This document shows positions 9,947-20,120 of a stretch of DNA of 64,000 nucleotides, piece by piece. Positions within the stretch are counted from its first letter, which is position 1. Each line of letters begins with the position of its first letter. Below the pieces are notes generated by a model. That model was not told the DNA's origin. It did not search any database and saw only the letters and a program-made list of their open reading frames with translations. The stretch lies in NCBI GenBank assembly GCA_037305845.1, contig CP147778.1, positions 2,432,001 to 2,496,000 of the forward strand, written 5' to 3'. The stretch comes from Candidatus Freyarchaeum deiterrae. Its GTDB lineage: Archaea; Asgardarchaeota; Jordiarchaeia; Jordiarchaeales; Jordiarchaeaceae. The translations under genes were made by a program, and so were the position numbers.

Positions 9947-10627
9947 CTAGTCGGCTTCCTTCAGTAGCTTCTTTAACTTTTTGGAAGCGTCGTGGAGCAG
10001 GGGTTTGCCGTGCCCTGGCAACAATATATCGAAATCTAGCTTCGCTATCTTTCTCACTGATTTCCATGCTTTTTCTATATCAAGTGACATTGATTTTGCC
10101 GGGCCTTTCACGTTACCACTGCCGTCGGTTCTTAACACATCGCCCACAAAAACCGCCTTTCCCGGTTTGTATAGACATATGCTGCCCTCGGTGTGTCCCG
10201 GGCAGTGTATCACCTCTAATCCCCCTATCTTGTCTCCTTCCTTCAGGATAATGTCTGGCTTGACTTTTTGGAAGTTCATAAATTTCATAAATACTCCGAA
10301 GAATGCCCCTGCTAAGCCCTTCACTCTTTTCAGTTCTCTGTCCCCTGAAAGGCTCGGCGCATCGTCTTCATGTATGGCGACCTTTGCTCCCGTTATTCTC
10401 TTAAGCTCCGCCGCGCTTCCAGAGTGGTCGATATCAGAGTGAGTTAAAATTATTGCCTCAATTTTCAGCGAGTCTTTTCCTAGGGCTCTAATTTGGCTAG
10501 CAATCTTTTTTCCATTTCGGGTTAAGCCAGTGTCAATGACAAAACCTTTGCTACCGGCAATGTACAGATAACTGTTGGCTGCTCGTATTCCTTTAAAGCA
10601 ATAAATTCCATCTGCTATCTCCATCAC
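9947..10627 (-). CDS. Metallo-beta-lactamase fold hydrolase
   Basis: THSDIDHSG, HCPGHTEG, VGD and LPGHG motifs. Confidence 0.9.
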   Translation of the reverse strand: MMEIADGIYCFKGIRAANSYLYIAGSKGFVIDTGLTRNGKKIASQIRALGKDSLKIEAIILTHSDIDHSGSAAELKRITGAKVAIHEDDAPSLSGDRELKRVKGLAGAFFGVFMKFMNFQKVKPDIILKEGDKIGGLEVIHCPGHTEGSICLYKPGKAVFVGDVLRTDGSGNVKGPAKSMSLDIEKAWKSVRKIAKLDFDILLPGHGKPLLHDASKKLKKLLKEAD

Positions 10628-10944
10628 AATTCGCCTCTTTCCTTTTCAGCTAACTCACAACATCATCAGGAGAAAACTAATATAATATCATCTTCTAGAA
10701 GGGTGCTGCCAAAATCATTGGCAAGATTTTTTTAATAAATTTTTTGTTCTTTTTCAAGCAAGCAATTCTTTTAGTTAAATGAGTCATCACCACTTTTCAA
10801 ACTTGAACATTTTATTCGCTCACAGACACGATTTGAAATACTTTCCTCTAAATCTTTCTTGTGTTTCGTTTAATTTTCGAAATGATTTTTATATTATTTC
10901 TGCGTTGAATATTCATAAAGTTCGTAAAGCGAGGAGTGTTTGTT

Positions 10945-11907
10945 TTGAGAGCGTTGCTAATAGAAAATGGTGAGGTTAAAGTTGTTGAGGATTATCCTAA
11001 ACCCAAAGTTAAATCCGGCTGGGTTTTAATTAAACCCAGTGTTGTTGGGATTTGTAATACGGATTTGGAGCTCATTGAGGGATATATGAATTTTAGTGGA
11101 GTGCCGGGGCATGAATTCGTAGGCATTGTCGAGGAGGCGAGCGATAAGAAACTCTTGGGAAGACGCGTTGTGGGTGAAATAAACTTCGCTTGTGGTTCCT
11201 GTGAATATTGTAGAAAGGGACTGCAGAGGCATTGTCCTAACAGGAGTGTTTTGGGCATACAAAACGCGGACGGTGCTTTCGCCGATTATGTTACTCTACC
11301 ACGGGAGAATATTCACGTTCTTCCTGATAGTGTGAGTGATGATCAAGCCGTGTTTGTGGAGCCTCTCGCGGCCTCTCTGGAGATTCTGATGCAAACGCAC
11401 ATTAAACCAACCATGAAAGTATACGTTTTGGGCGATGGAAAACTCGGCTTGCTGACTGCACAGGTTCTCAGGCTAACTGGATGCGATTTGTTACTAGTGG
11501 GTAAACATGAGAACAAATTAGGAATAGTTGAAAGAATGGGTGTTAAGACCACCACTCAGGAAAACCTACCAGTTACCAAGGCAGATTTGGTGGTCGAGTG
11601 TACTGGTAACTCCAGTGGTTACAGTTTGGCAAAGAGGATGGTTAATCCCTCGGGAATAATAGTCGCGAAAAGTACGTACCATCAGAATCTGGAGTTGAAC
11701 TGGTCAGAAATCGTGGTAGATGAGATTACCATAATAGGTTCAAGGTGCGGACCATTTGACCCCGCGATAAGACTTCTGGAACAAAGACTCATAGACACCG
11801 ACTCCCTGATAACCGCTAGATACCCCTTCGAAGAAGTATTAAGAGCATTTGAACACGCGAAAGAACGCGAAGCAATAAAGATACTGGTCCAAATTGGGAA
11901 ACCGTGA
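10945..11907 (+). CDS. Zn-dependent medium-chain alcohol dehydrogenase
   Basis: GICNTD, PGHEFVG, CGSCEYC..HC structural Zn site, GDGKLG. The TTG start at 10945 fits the RBS spacing better than GTG 10936. Confidence 0.9.
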   Translation: MRALLIENGEVKVVEDYPKPKVKSGWVLIKPSVVGICNTDLELIEGYMNFSGVPGHEFVGIVEEASDKKLLGRRVVGEINFACGSCEYCRKGLQRHCPNRSVLGIQNADGAFADYVTLPRENIHVLPDSVSDDQAVFVEPLAASLEILMQTHIKPTMKVYVLGDGKLGLLTAQVLRLTGCDLLLVGKHENKLGIVERMGVKTTTQENLPVTKADLVVECTGNSSGYSLAKRMVNPSGIIVAKSTYHQNLELNWSEIVVDEITIIGSRCGPFDPAIRLLEQRLIDTDSLITARYPFEEVLRAFEHAKEREAIKILVQIGKP

Positions 11908-12213
11908 GAGTCCACCATTCAAGACAAGTATGTTGACCTACACTGACCAGCTCACTTATTGATAACTGATAAAGAATTACTGGTATTTCCGCCTTCGCAA
12001 TCAAAAAATTCTCAACGATTAATAAAATCCTTAAAAATTAAATAACTATAACTCTTTTATTATCAATTCATCCTCAAAATTCCCATTTCCAAGCACTTAA
12101 CTCCGCTGATGCGTTTCAAGGGGCAGAGCTTTACCAAAAGGATTTATTAATTCTGAATCCAAATAAAGGATTAAAAACATTTCATAGTCAACAGGAATGC
12201 GAGGCAACATAAA

Positions 12214-13515
12214 ATGGAACTTGAAATTATTAAAGCCGGCGAAACAGAAGGCGCGGCTTACATTCATCCCGAAGTAGCAAAATCCGAAGGAATCTACGAC
12301 GGAAACATTATTCTGTTTGAAGACCCCACCACAGGAAACTTCGGCGCAGCCCCCGCATACATGGATAAAAAACTCGAGAAAACCAAGATAAAAATCGACT
12401 CCACCCTCGTAGAATCAAGTGGACTCGACGAAGGATTCAAAGTAAACGTCAAAAACTACACCGGAAAACTACAACCACTAAGAAAACTAATAATCGGAGT
12501 AGAACCACTAAGCGGACAAGCACCAGAAGACGTGTTCAAACAAGCTCAGGAAAGAAGAAGCGAACTCAAAAAACTCCTAAACAAAAGAGTCATCTTCAAA
12601 AAAATGAAACTAAGATGGAAAGACCTTGAAGCCAACATCTCCATAGAATCCACTGACCCCGATCTAAAAGGAAAAGAATTCGCAATAGTCAACTGGCCCG
12701 AAATAGAAAGAGCAGAAATCGTACCCGTAGGACCAGCAATGCCCTTCAACGCCATACTGCTCATCGACGTTTCCGGAAGCATGAGCACTAAAGACATGAA
12801 AGTTGTGAACATAGCTCCCGCCAGAGAAGGAATAAGCAGTCTCCTAGAATCAGAACAGATCTCAAGCTTCCTAAGCAGATTCGAAGAGGGAGACGATGTA
12901 AAAAGAAGACATGGCGCAGCATTCGCCGCACTATTATACCTAGCAGAAAAAGTGGGAAGAGGATACGGCGAGAAAGTATCCATAGCCACATACCACGACG
13001 AAGCCAAAATAATAAAATTCGACGGAAACGAATACTACGACGCCACTACAGGAAAAATAGACCAGGTAGCAGATACCATACTCACAGAAGTAGCATACAA
13101 AACCGGCGGATACACAAACATGAGCGACGCCCTCCGAAAAGCAATAGGCGTCCTCAAAAAATCGTTCAAGGGCACTGGACAAAACATGATTGTACTCATG
13201 ACAGACGGTTTCCCACAAGGAACAGACACCGAAGAAGCGGTCATGTCCATCGTGGAGAGAGAACTAACACAGGTATCCAACGTGGTTCTCTACGCGGTAG
13301 GAATAGGAGGAGAAGTTAACGATAAACTGATGGAAAACATTGCAACCGCGACTGGAGGAGTCTACTTCAAAGCAACCGACCTAGGAAAGCTCCTCAACTG
13401 GTACAGCGAACTCGCAAGATCATTCACAAAAGCCGTCCACCAAAAAGAGAAAAAACCAACAACAACAACAGAAGAAGAACATGCGGCTGCGGAAACCAGT
13501 ACCGAATCCGATTAA
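12214..13515 (+). CDS. vWA domain protein with CDC48-N-like N-terminus
   Basis: MIDAS DVSGS, T (YTNM) and TDG. The N-terminus has a double-psi-barrel-like pattern (AYIHPEVAKSEGIYDGNII..KIKID..SGLDEGFKVNV). Confidence 0.75.
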   Translation: MELEIIKAGETEGAAYIHPEVAKSEGIYDGNIILFEDPTTGNFGAAPAYMDKKLEKTKIKIDSTLVESSGLDEGFKVNVKNYTGKLQPLRKLIIGVEPLSGQAPEDVFKQAQERRSELKKLLNKRVIFKKMKLRWKDLEANISIESTDPDLKGKEFAIVNWPEIERAEIVPVGPAMPFNAILLIDVSGSMSTKDMKVVNIAPAREGISSLLESEQISSFLSRFEEGDDVKRRHGAAFAALLYLAEKVGRGYGEKVSIATYHDEAKIIKFDGNEYYDATTGKIDQVADTILTEVAYKTGGYTNMSDALRKAIGVLKKSFKGTGQNMIVLMTDGFPQGTDTEEAVMSIVERELTQVSNVVLYAVGIGGEVNDKLMENIATATGGVYFKATDLGKLLNWYSELARSFTKAVHQKEKKPTTTTEEEHAAAETSTESD

Positions 13516-13854
13516 TTTACTTATCACCCCTTTTAGTTATTTTTACTTCTATTTTTTCACATTTCTTTCCAAAAACATACCGTTTTTATGTCTGAAATTT
13601 TTAGGATTTAGGGAGTGATAGAAGAAGGTAACATTTTTGATAATAGTTTATTTCTTAATAATAAAAAATTAGATGAAAGAAAATAAGGGGGAGGTTTTAT
13701 TTTTTCACGCCCTCTCCTATTTTTGTTTGTCTTTGGGAACTTGTTTTTTAATTTGGGTCTATAAGTTTTGGTTACTTGCTTTTACTGTTTTCTCTCTTGG
13801 GTTGCCAGTTTCTCGGAGGAGGCTGGCTACGACTATTTTTCTCTAGGTGTATTT

Positions 13855-14139
13855 TTACTTCGTGAGTGTTATGGTCATTGCTGATACGTTGCTTTGTCCT
13901 CTCTCGTTTTCAATGCTTTCCGTGCCGATTTCAATGTTTTTGACTGTTACATCTGAGAGAAATCTTTCTCTCGTAATTTCTGCTACGTCGACTGCTCTGC
14001 TTATTGCTCTTCCTCGAGCTTTTATTGAGACTTCTTTGCTTCCCTTATTGAATTGGGTTATTACTGCCAGAACATAGTTCATGGTAGGTTTTAAATTTCC
14101 GACAAATACGGTATTTTCGTCCCTTATTGTTGTAGGCAT
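13855..14139 (-). CDS. albA: Chromatin protein Alba
   Basis: [14 protein letters not shown] and [16 protein letters not shown] signatures. Confidence 0.95.
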   Translation of the reverse strand: MPTTIRDENTVFVGNLKPTMNYVLAVITQFNKGSKEVSIKARGRAISRAVDVAEITRERFLSDVTVKNIEIGTESIENERGQSNVSAMTITLTK

Positions 14140-14514
14140 TTTTCTCAACCTTCCTAGAATTAATTCAGTTTCTCACTATTTATCTCCAATGTTCTCGTTC
14201 TTGATGCGTCTAGATAGATAGATGTAAACATAATTTCATTATACTTGTTTATAAAATTGTTGTTCAAAACATCGTTATAATGCAAAAATATGTGTTCTGT
14301 GACTCTATGTATACATGTTTGGGGCTACTGCCAGTGGAGGAAAAGGGGGATTCATAAAGCTTTTTTTCCGATTCTAAGCCATCAAAAAGGTGAAAATTGG
14401 ATTAGCTTCCAGTTTTGGCATTGGGGAAAAATTATTATTTCAATAGAGCTAAATGTGTAAGGTATAGTAATTTTTTTGTACGTTCAGCGGCTATTGATTC
14501 CTTAGGGGATAATA

Positions 14515-14946
14515 ATGCTGAAATCAAAAAAGGATAAAATTATCTACAAACTGACTAACCCCTTTTCCTATACCGGCGCAACCGTTCCCGAAACTGCCTC
14601 CGTCCAAGGAAAAGAGGTCAAAATAAAACCCATAGTTGAAGAGTTCAAGAAACGCGAACAGGGAGGAAAATTGACAAGTCAGGATATCCTCTTCGGAGCA
14701 ACCCTCTCCAGGCTCCTCGAAAACGAAATCCAGAAAATCATAAACAAAATGAATAATGAGGAGATTTCTACGGAAGAGGCCGAAAAAAACATGGACACTT
14801 GGCTGGGAATCATAAGAGCATCCAAAATTCTCAATAAACAAGAAGAGAGTGTAGACCAGAGAAAAATCGAAAAGGACGAAAAGGTACGCTTCGTCAAGTG
14901 GGCGAAAAGCCTCTTAGACCCAGCACTATTTTCGTACAACTACTAG
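14515..14946 (+). CDS. Hypothetical protein
   Basis: 143-aa ORF with ATG and a purine-rich RBS; no recognisable motif. Confidence 0.65.
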   Translation: MLKSKKDKIIYKLTNPFSYTGATVPETASVQGKEVKIKPIVEEFKKREQGGKLTSQDILFGATLSRLLENEIQKIINKMNNEEISTEEAEKNMDTWLGIIRASKILNKQEESVDQRKIEKDEKVRFVKWAKSLLDPALFSYNY

Positions 14947-15046
14947 CATATGCTCCCAGCATACAATTATTTATGGAGCAAAAATTAGAAAAAGAAACCT
15001 GTTTAGGTTTCTGATTTTTCTGTATCTGTTCTGTTTTGTTTTGGAA

Positions 15047-15286
15047 TCATCTTTCTGGTGCGATTATGCAGGTCATGGTTTCAACCACTCCCTCCATAGG
15101 CCTCAAAACGTCGAAAATAAATGAATCCAACGCCTCCGAATTGTTCATCTTTACTTTCATTATTATATCGTACAGGCCATAAACTAGGTCTACGTTCTCT
15201 ACAGAATCGAACTCCTTGAACTTTGATAAAAGATCTTTCTCAAATCCAGTGGCAGTCTTAATAAGAATATAGGCAGACGTAACCAA
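15047..15286 (-). CDS. Lrp/AsnC ligand-binding (RAM) domain protein
   Basis: 'AYILIK..G.E', 'VYGLYDIIMKV', 'GVVETMTCI'. TTG start after GGAGG. Confidence 0.85.
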   Translation of the reverse strand: MVTSAYILIKTATGFEKDLLSKFKEFDSVENVDLVYGLYDIIMKVKMNNSEALDSFIFDVLRPMEGVVETMTCIIAPER

Positions 15287-15597
15287 CTCTAAAAATCCTC
15301 CTATAAACCTATACACCAAAAGATGGTACTCAGTTTTTAGAAAAACTAAGTGCTAGTAAAGAAACCAACTCCAATAATTAAAAATGTTCCCTTCCCAAGC
15401 TAAAACAAGTATCAATCCACAGCAACAGTAAAGAAGCAAACCCCAAAACCGTACCACATCGACAGGAAGCTTTCACTCTGGAAAAATTTCCCAAATGTGG
15501 GGCAGTCACGGAACACGAAAAAATTCAAAAAAATAAAAAGAGTGCTGGGTTAATAGCCCACACCTAACAAATTTGTGTTAGTAAAATTTTTTTAGGC

Positions 15598-17133
15598 TTA
15601 TTTTTTAACGGGGATTGCGTACATTTTTCTGAATTTTTCTAGCATCGCTCTTGGAGTCACTGTTTCTCTCGTGTATCTGGGTAGCTCCTTCTCGATTCCC
15701 GAAAGGTACTTTGCAATACTCTTCAACTTCTCAATGTCGTACCTAGACATCATAGCAATGGTTTCCATCTGGGGGCTGCCTCCGCCGTGAAGGCCCGCTA
15801 CCTGACTAAGTCCCGCCATTTCTGAGCCTATCGCACCTTCTATAAATCGGAAGAGTCTATGCTGGTTTTCTGCGGAAATCTTCGGATTTCTCATCATGTA
15901 CTTGTTTACCAGATCCCCTGTTTCCTCATTGTAGAAATCTCCCTCAAGGGGCAGAGTGACCGATAAACCTCCCGCAAGGTCAGCTACGGTCTTGTACTCG
16001 TTGTATATCTCCTCACCCGCCAGCCTTCTACCCGCATTGGTTAAAATCTCGTCGGGTATATAAGTGCCGCTGGGAGCCTTCTCAGCACGGTAGGCGCTAG
16101 CCTGGCCGGCGGCGAACACCAGTTCCGCCACACCTATCAGGTGAGACAACTTTTCTTGAACATGTTTCTCTTTCTCAATCCCGTTATACTCCGCAACCAG
16201 AGCTGCCGTGCTACTCAAAACTTCGGACACCGCTGGTTTACAGCCAGTGTAAGAATGCCTGTGGTAGTGAGCGAAGAGCAGAGCGAGAAAACCTGCGTAA
16301 GGAGTCACCTTCGGATCCTCATTCCCATTCATAAAGACTCTCTCTTTGGGCACAAAGACATCATCGAAAATGGTGAACGATTCAACGTCCCCTAGGTGGG
16401 CTGCAGGGGCGTCCAAATGCTTCCTCTTATGATGGTACCCTGGTCTGCAAAGAAGCTTCACACCATCCGTGTCCGCGGGGATAGCGAATGCAACAGCGTA
16501 ATCCTTATCCTTGTCAGTCATCATCCTTGTAGGAATAGCTATAATCTCATCCGCGTAAGGAGCAACGGTATTACAAAGCTTCGCACCCCTAACTATAATA
16601 CCATCCTTCCTAGTTTCCACTACCCTAAGATAAAGGTCCGGATCCACCTGTTCACTAGGCCTCTTCATCCTGTCGCCCTTAGAATCAGTCTGAGCACAGT
16701 TACCAGTAAGATCATTCTTCTGGAAATAATCAAGAAACTTCAAAAATCTCTTGTTATAATCCGTGCCAACCGCTTCATCCATCTCATAAGTTACAACGGA
16801 CAACGCATTCAAACTATCGATACCCATACATCTCTGAATACACCCACCAACACGATGACACAAAACCCTAGTCATCATCTGCTTCGCAAGAAGATCCTCC
16901 TTACTCTGATGAATATGAGTAAACCGGTTAATCTTCTCACCAGAAATATGTGACGTAGCAGTACACAAGTCCTCGAACTCTGGATCGTTAGCTCTATCAT
17001 AAGTCTCCTTAATAATATTAATACCACCCTGAAGCCGAGGGTCACTCCTATCCACTTTTTCACCATCAATGTACACATTAGGCTTCATATCAAGCAAACG
17101 ACTGTAATAGTCCTCATAAGTTTTAATACCCAT
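15598..17133 (-). CDS. 4-hydroxybutyryl-CoA dehydratase-like protein (HpaB/AbfD family)
   Basis: 'GGCIQRCMGID' (CxxxC), 'AQTDSKGDR', 'HYHRHSYTGCK' and 'HGGGS' match [4Fe-4S]/FAD AbfD motifs. ATG at 17133 follows GGAGG. Confidence 0.85.
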   Translation of the reverse strand: MGIKTYEDYYSRLLDMKPNVYIDGEKVDRSDPRLQGGINIIKETYDRANDPEFEDLCTATSHISGEKINRFTHIHQSKEDLLAKQMMTRVLCHRVGGCIQRCMGIDSLNALSVVTYEMDEAVGTDYNKRFLKFLDYFQKNDLTGNCAQTDSKGDRMKRPSEQVDPDLYLRVVETRKDGIIVRGAKLCNTVAPYADEIIAIPTRMMTDKDKDYAVAFAIPADTDGVKLLCRPGYHHKRKHLDAPAAHLGDVESFTIFDDVFVPKERVFMNGNEDPKVTPYAGFLALLFAHYHRHSYTGCKPAVSEVLSSTAALVAEYNGIEKEKHVQEKLSHLIGVAELVFAAGQASAYRAEKAPSGTYIPDEILTNAGRRLAGEEIYNEYKTVADLAGGLSVTLPLEGDFYNEETGDLVNKYMMRNPKISAENQHRLFRFIEGAIGSEMAGLSQVAGLHGGGSPQMETIAMMSRYDIEKLKSIAKYLSGIEKELPRYTRETVTPRAMLEKFRKMYAIPVKK

Positions 17134-17843
17134 AACATAACTTCCTCCTAAAACAGAACACAAGAACAAAACACAATAAATTATTATGAAAACAATGTAA
17201 AAAACAGTTATAAAAATTCCCCTAAATAAACCTTTACACCAACACAAAACAAAAACAAATAGAAATCCAAATCAGAAAAACGAAACGAAAAACCAAAAAT
17301 AAAAAACACTCACAGAAAAGAAAAGAAACAATCAAAATAAAAAAGATGAAAGAATCCACAATAAATTGAATCTTTTCATGTTACTGTCTTCGCTAAAACA
17401 GAATTGCTTTAATGAATAGAAAAGAGTAGGAGTAGATTTTTCATACCTCTTTCATCCGACGTTACATCAGATGGGAGTACATCCTGCCTATCATCTCAGA
17501 AGCCATGGGCGGAATGGTGCCATACATCTCAATCTATTTTTACAAACTCATTTACCAATGGCAAGGTCAGCCGCAGCCACAATCGCCACGTTCCTACCAT
17601 TATAATCCAAAGTTCACTGCAGAGACAAGATGCTGCGTGATTAGCCTTTTATGAAGTCTTTCTATGAAAATTGTACAGAAGCGAAATAGAATATTCACAA
17701 TGTACGAGTTAAACGAAGACAGCCTCCTTGCCAACCGAGATAAAACATCCCACTAATTCCACCAACCAAATTTACAACGTAACACAGTTAAGATAAGTTT
17801 AAAAATTCGAAACATACAATCCCCACAAGAGAGGAGAGAAAAA

Positions 17844-19319
17844 TTGAACCCTGCAGACGAAAATAAGGATGCAGAAATCGATAAGATGATAGAAGAAATT
17901 AACAAGGCAATACTCAAAAACCCCAAAACACAAAAAGAAACCATAGACAGCATACAAAGCACAATAAACCAAACAGAAAACATAGGGGTTGTGGGGCGGT
18001 GCCTCACCGATGTCGCTAATGCAAGCCCTGAGCTAGCGGAGAAACTAGCCAAAGCCATAAATTTGAAAACCCTAGCCAGAAAAATAGACCAAACAAAAGA
18101 TATACGGGATTTGGGGTGGTGCCTCATCGAGGTCGCTAGAGCAAGCCCTGACCTAGCGGAGAAACTGATACCGAGTGTAGCCAGAAAAATAGACCAAACA
18201 GAAGACATACATGCTGTGGGGGACTGCCTCAACAGTGTCGCTAAGGCAAGCTCTGAGCTAGCGGAGAAACTAGCCAAAGCCATAAATTTGGAAACCCTAG
18301 CCAAAAAAATAGACCAAACAGAAAACATAGATAATGTTTGGTTGTGCCTCCTCGGGGTCGCTGATGCAAGCCCTGAGATAGGGGAAAAACTAGCCAAAGC
18401 CATAAACACGGAAAACCTAGCCAGAAAAATAGACCAAACAGAAGACATACGAGCTGTGGGGTCGTGCCTCTTCGGGGTCGCTAGAGCAAGCCCTGAGCTA
18501 GCGGAGAAACTGATACCGAGTGTAGCCAGAAAAATAGACCAAACAGAAAACATAGAGGCTGTGGGGGAATGCTTCTTCGGGCTCGCTAGAGCAAGCTCTG
18601 AGATAGCGGAGAAACTAGCCAAAGCCATAAATTTGGAAACCCTAGCTAGAAAAATAGACCAAACAGAAGACATATTGGCTGTGGGGCGGTGCCTTCCCGA
18701 CATCGCTGGAGCAAGTCGTGAGACAGTGGAGGAACTAGCCAAAGCCATAAATTTGGAAACCCTAACCATAAAAATAGATCAAACAGAAGACACAGATCAT
18801 GTGGGGGTGTTCCTCTCCTTTGTCGCTGAAGCAAGCCCTGAGCTAGCGGAGAAACTGATACCGAGTGTAGCCAGAAAAATAGACCAAACAGAAGACATAC
18901 ATGCTGTGGGGTTATGCCTCGCCTTTGTCGCTGAAAAAATCACTGAGCTAGCAGAGAAACTGATACCGAGTGTAGCCAGAAAAATAGACCAAACAGAAGA
19001 CATACATGCTGTGGGGCGGTGCCTCACCGATGTCGCTAATGCAAGCCCTGAGCTAGCGGAGAAACTAGCCAAAGCCATAAATTTGGAAACCCTAGCTAGA
19101 AAAATAGACCAAACAGAAGATATACGGGATTTGGGGCGGTGTCTCATCGATGTCGCTTATGCAAGCCCTGAGCTAGCGGAGAAACTGATACCGAGTGTAG
19201 CCAGAAAAATAGACCAAACAGAAGACATAGAGGCTGTGGAGTGGTACCTCGCTGATGTCGCTAAAGCAAGCCCTGAAATAGGAGAAAAACTAGCCAAAGC
19301 CGTAACACGGAAACCCTAG
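17844..19319 (+). CDS. Helical tandem-repeat (HEAT/alpha-solenoid-like) protein; C-terminus truncated by a 1-nt deletion
   Basis: Twelve in-frame units of KIDQTEDIxxVGxCLxxVAxASPELAEKL plus a linker (AKAINLETLAR or IPSVAR); a 13th unit continues in another frame. Confidence 0.8.
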   Translation: MNPADENKDAEIDKMIEEINKAILKNPKTQKETIDSIQSTINQTENIGVVGRCLTDVANASPELAEKLAKAINLKTLARKIDQTKDIRDLGWCLIEVARASPDLAEKLIPSVARKIDQTEDIHAVGDCLNSVAKASSELAEKLAKAINLETLAKKIDQTENIDNVWLCLLGVADASPEIGEKLAKAINTENLARKIDQTEDIRAVGSCLFGVARASPELAEKLIPSVARKIDQTENIEAVGECFFGLARASSEIAEKLAKAINLETLARKIDQTEDILAVGRCLPDIAGASRETVEELAKAINLETLTIKIDQTEDTDHVGVFLSFVAEASPELAEKLIPSVARKIDQTEDIHAVGLCLAFVAEKITELAEKLIPSVARKIDQTEDIHAVGRCLTDVANASPELAEKLAKAINLETLARKIDQTEDIRDLGRCLIDVAYASPELAEKLIPSVARKIDQTEDIEAVEWYLADVAKASPEIGEKLAKAVTRKP

Positions 19320-19410
19320 CAAAAAACATAGATCAAACAGAAGACACATGGGCTGTTATACATTGTGTCTCACGTGTTGCTAGTGCGAGTCTTTTGGTTT
19401 GGGGGAAGCT
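17961..19410 (+). repeat. Coding tandem repeat array of mixed 120-nt and 105-nt units (13 units)
   Basis: Near-identical nucleotide blocks (AGAAAAATAGACCAAACAGAAGAC; GCAAGCCCTGAGCTAGCGGAGAAACT) recur at 105/120-nt spacing. Confidence 0.9.
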
Positions 19411-19708
19411 AGTTAGCCTGAATAAACAGGGAAGGCACGACGAGAAAGAAGCACAAAACAGACGATTTTATAGCTTTAATGCGTCTCTCGGAAGTCTATC
19501 TTTTTCTCGGCGATTCTGATAGGAGTAAAGAGGCGGCTGAGAAAGCTTTAAATCAATAAAAACAAGCCAAAACAGAGAAAAAACACACAACAACTGAAAC
19601 CCAATAATCACATAAACAATAAGACCACACAAACAAAAAACCGTCAAACAAAAACTCAAAAAACAGAGAATCAAAATAAAAAGATAAAAAGAAAAGAAAG
19701 GAAAAACC

Positions 19709-20110
19709 CTACTCAGTCGTCATATCGACAACCCATAGCATAGCCTTCCGATCCGAAGTAGCGAGCTCGTAAGTAGTAGTCATCTCAAGAGCATCCTTAG
19801 GACAAGACTCAACACACTGCTCGCAAAATAAACAACTACCAATATCGCATACAGGCAGTTTGCCGGGTTTGTTTTTTAGTTCTGGGGGGTAGTTTTCGGG
19901 CCAGTCTGTCATGGTTATTGCCATTGAGGGGCAGTCTTTGGCGCATGTTCCGCATCCTACGCATCTTTTGAGGTATAGTGTGTGTCTTCCTCTTAGGTGT
20001 TCGTTTGGTGTTAGTTTTTGGAAGGGGTAGAATACTGTTGCTGGTTTTCTGGGTAGGTTTCTTAGTAGTTCGTTTTCCATTCTTCCTGGTCTGACCATGT
20101 TGTTTTTCAC
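19709..20110 (-). CDS. NuoI-like 2x[4Fe-4S] subunit
   Basis: CVGCGTCAKDCP and CLFCEQCVESCP; 'RGRH' motif. Confidence 0.9.
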   Translation of the reverse strand: MKNNMVRPGRMENELLRNLPRKPATVFYPFQKLTPNEHLRGRHTLYLKRCVGCGTCAKDCPSMAITMTDWPENYPPELKNKPGKLPVCDIGSCLFCEQCVESCPKDALEMTTTYELATSDRKAMLWVVDMTTE

Positions 20111-20120
20111 GCTCCTATTA

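Noticed and set aside
17450-17655. Short open frame (FIRRYIRWEYILPIISEAMGGMVPY...) upstream of the repeat gene
   Set aside because: No clear start or recognisable family; possibly a decayed gene, but unsupported.
17753-19147. Long antisense ORFs (17753-18769, 18797-19147)
   Set aside because: Mirror frames of the tandem-repeat gene.
17961-19410. Repeat array as a CRISPR array or DGR target
   Set aside because: Units are 105/120 nt, in frame and protein-coding, with no unique spacers or cas genes. No reverse transcriptase or template repeat is in the window.
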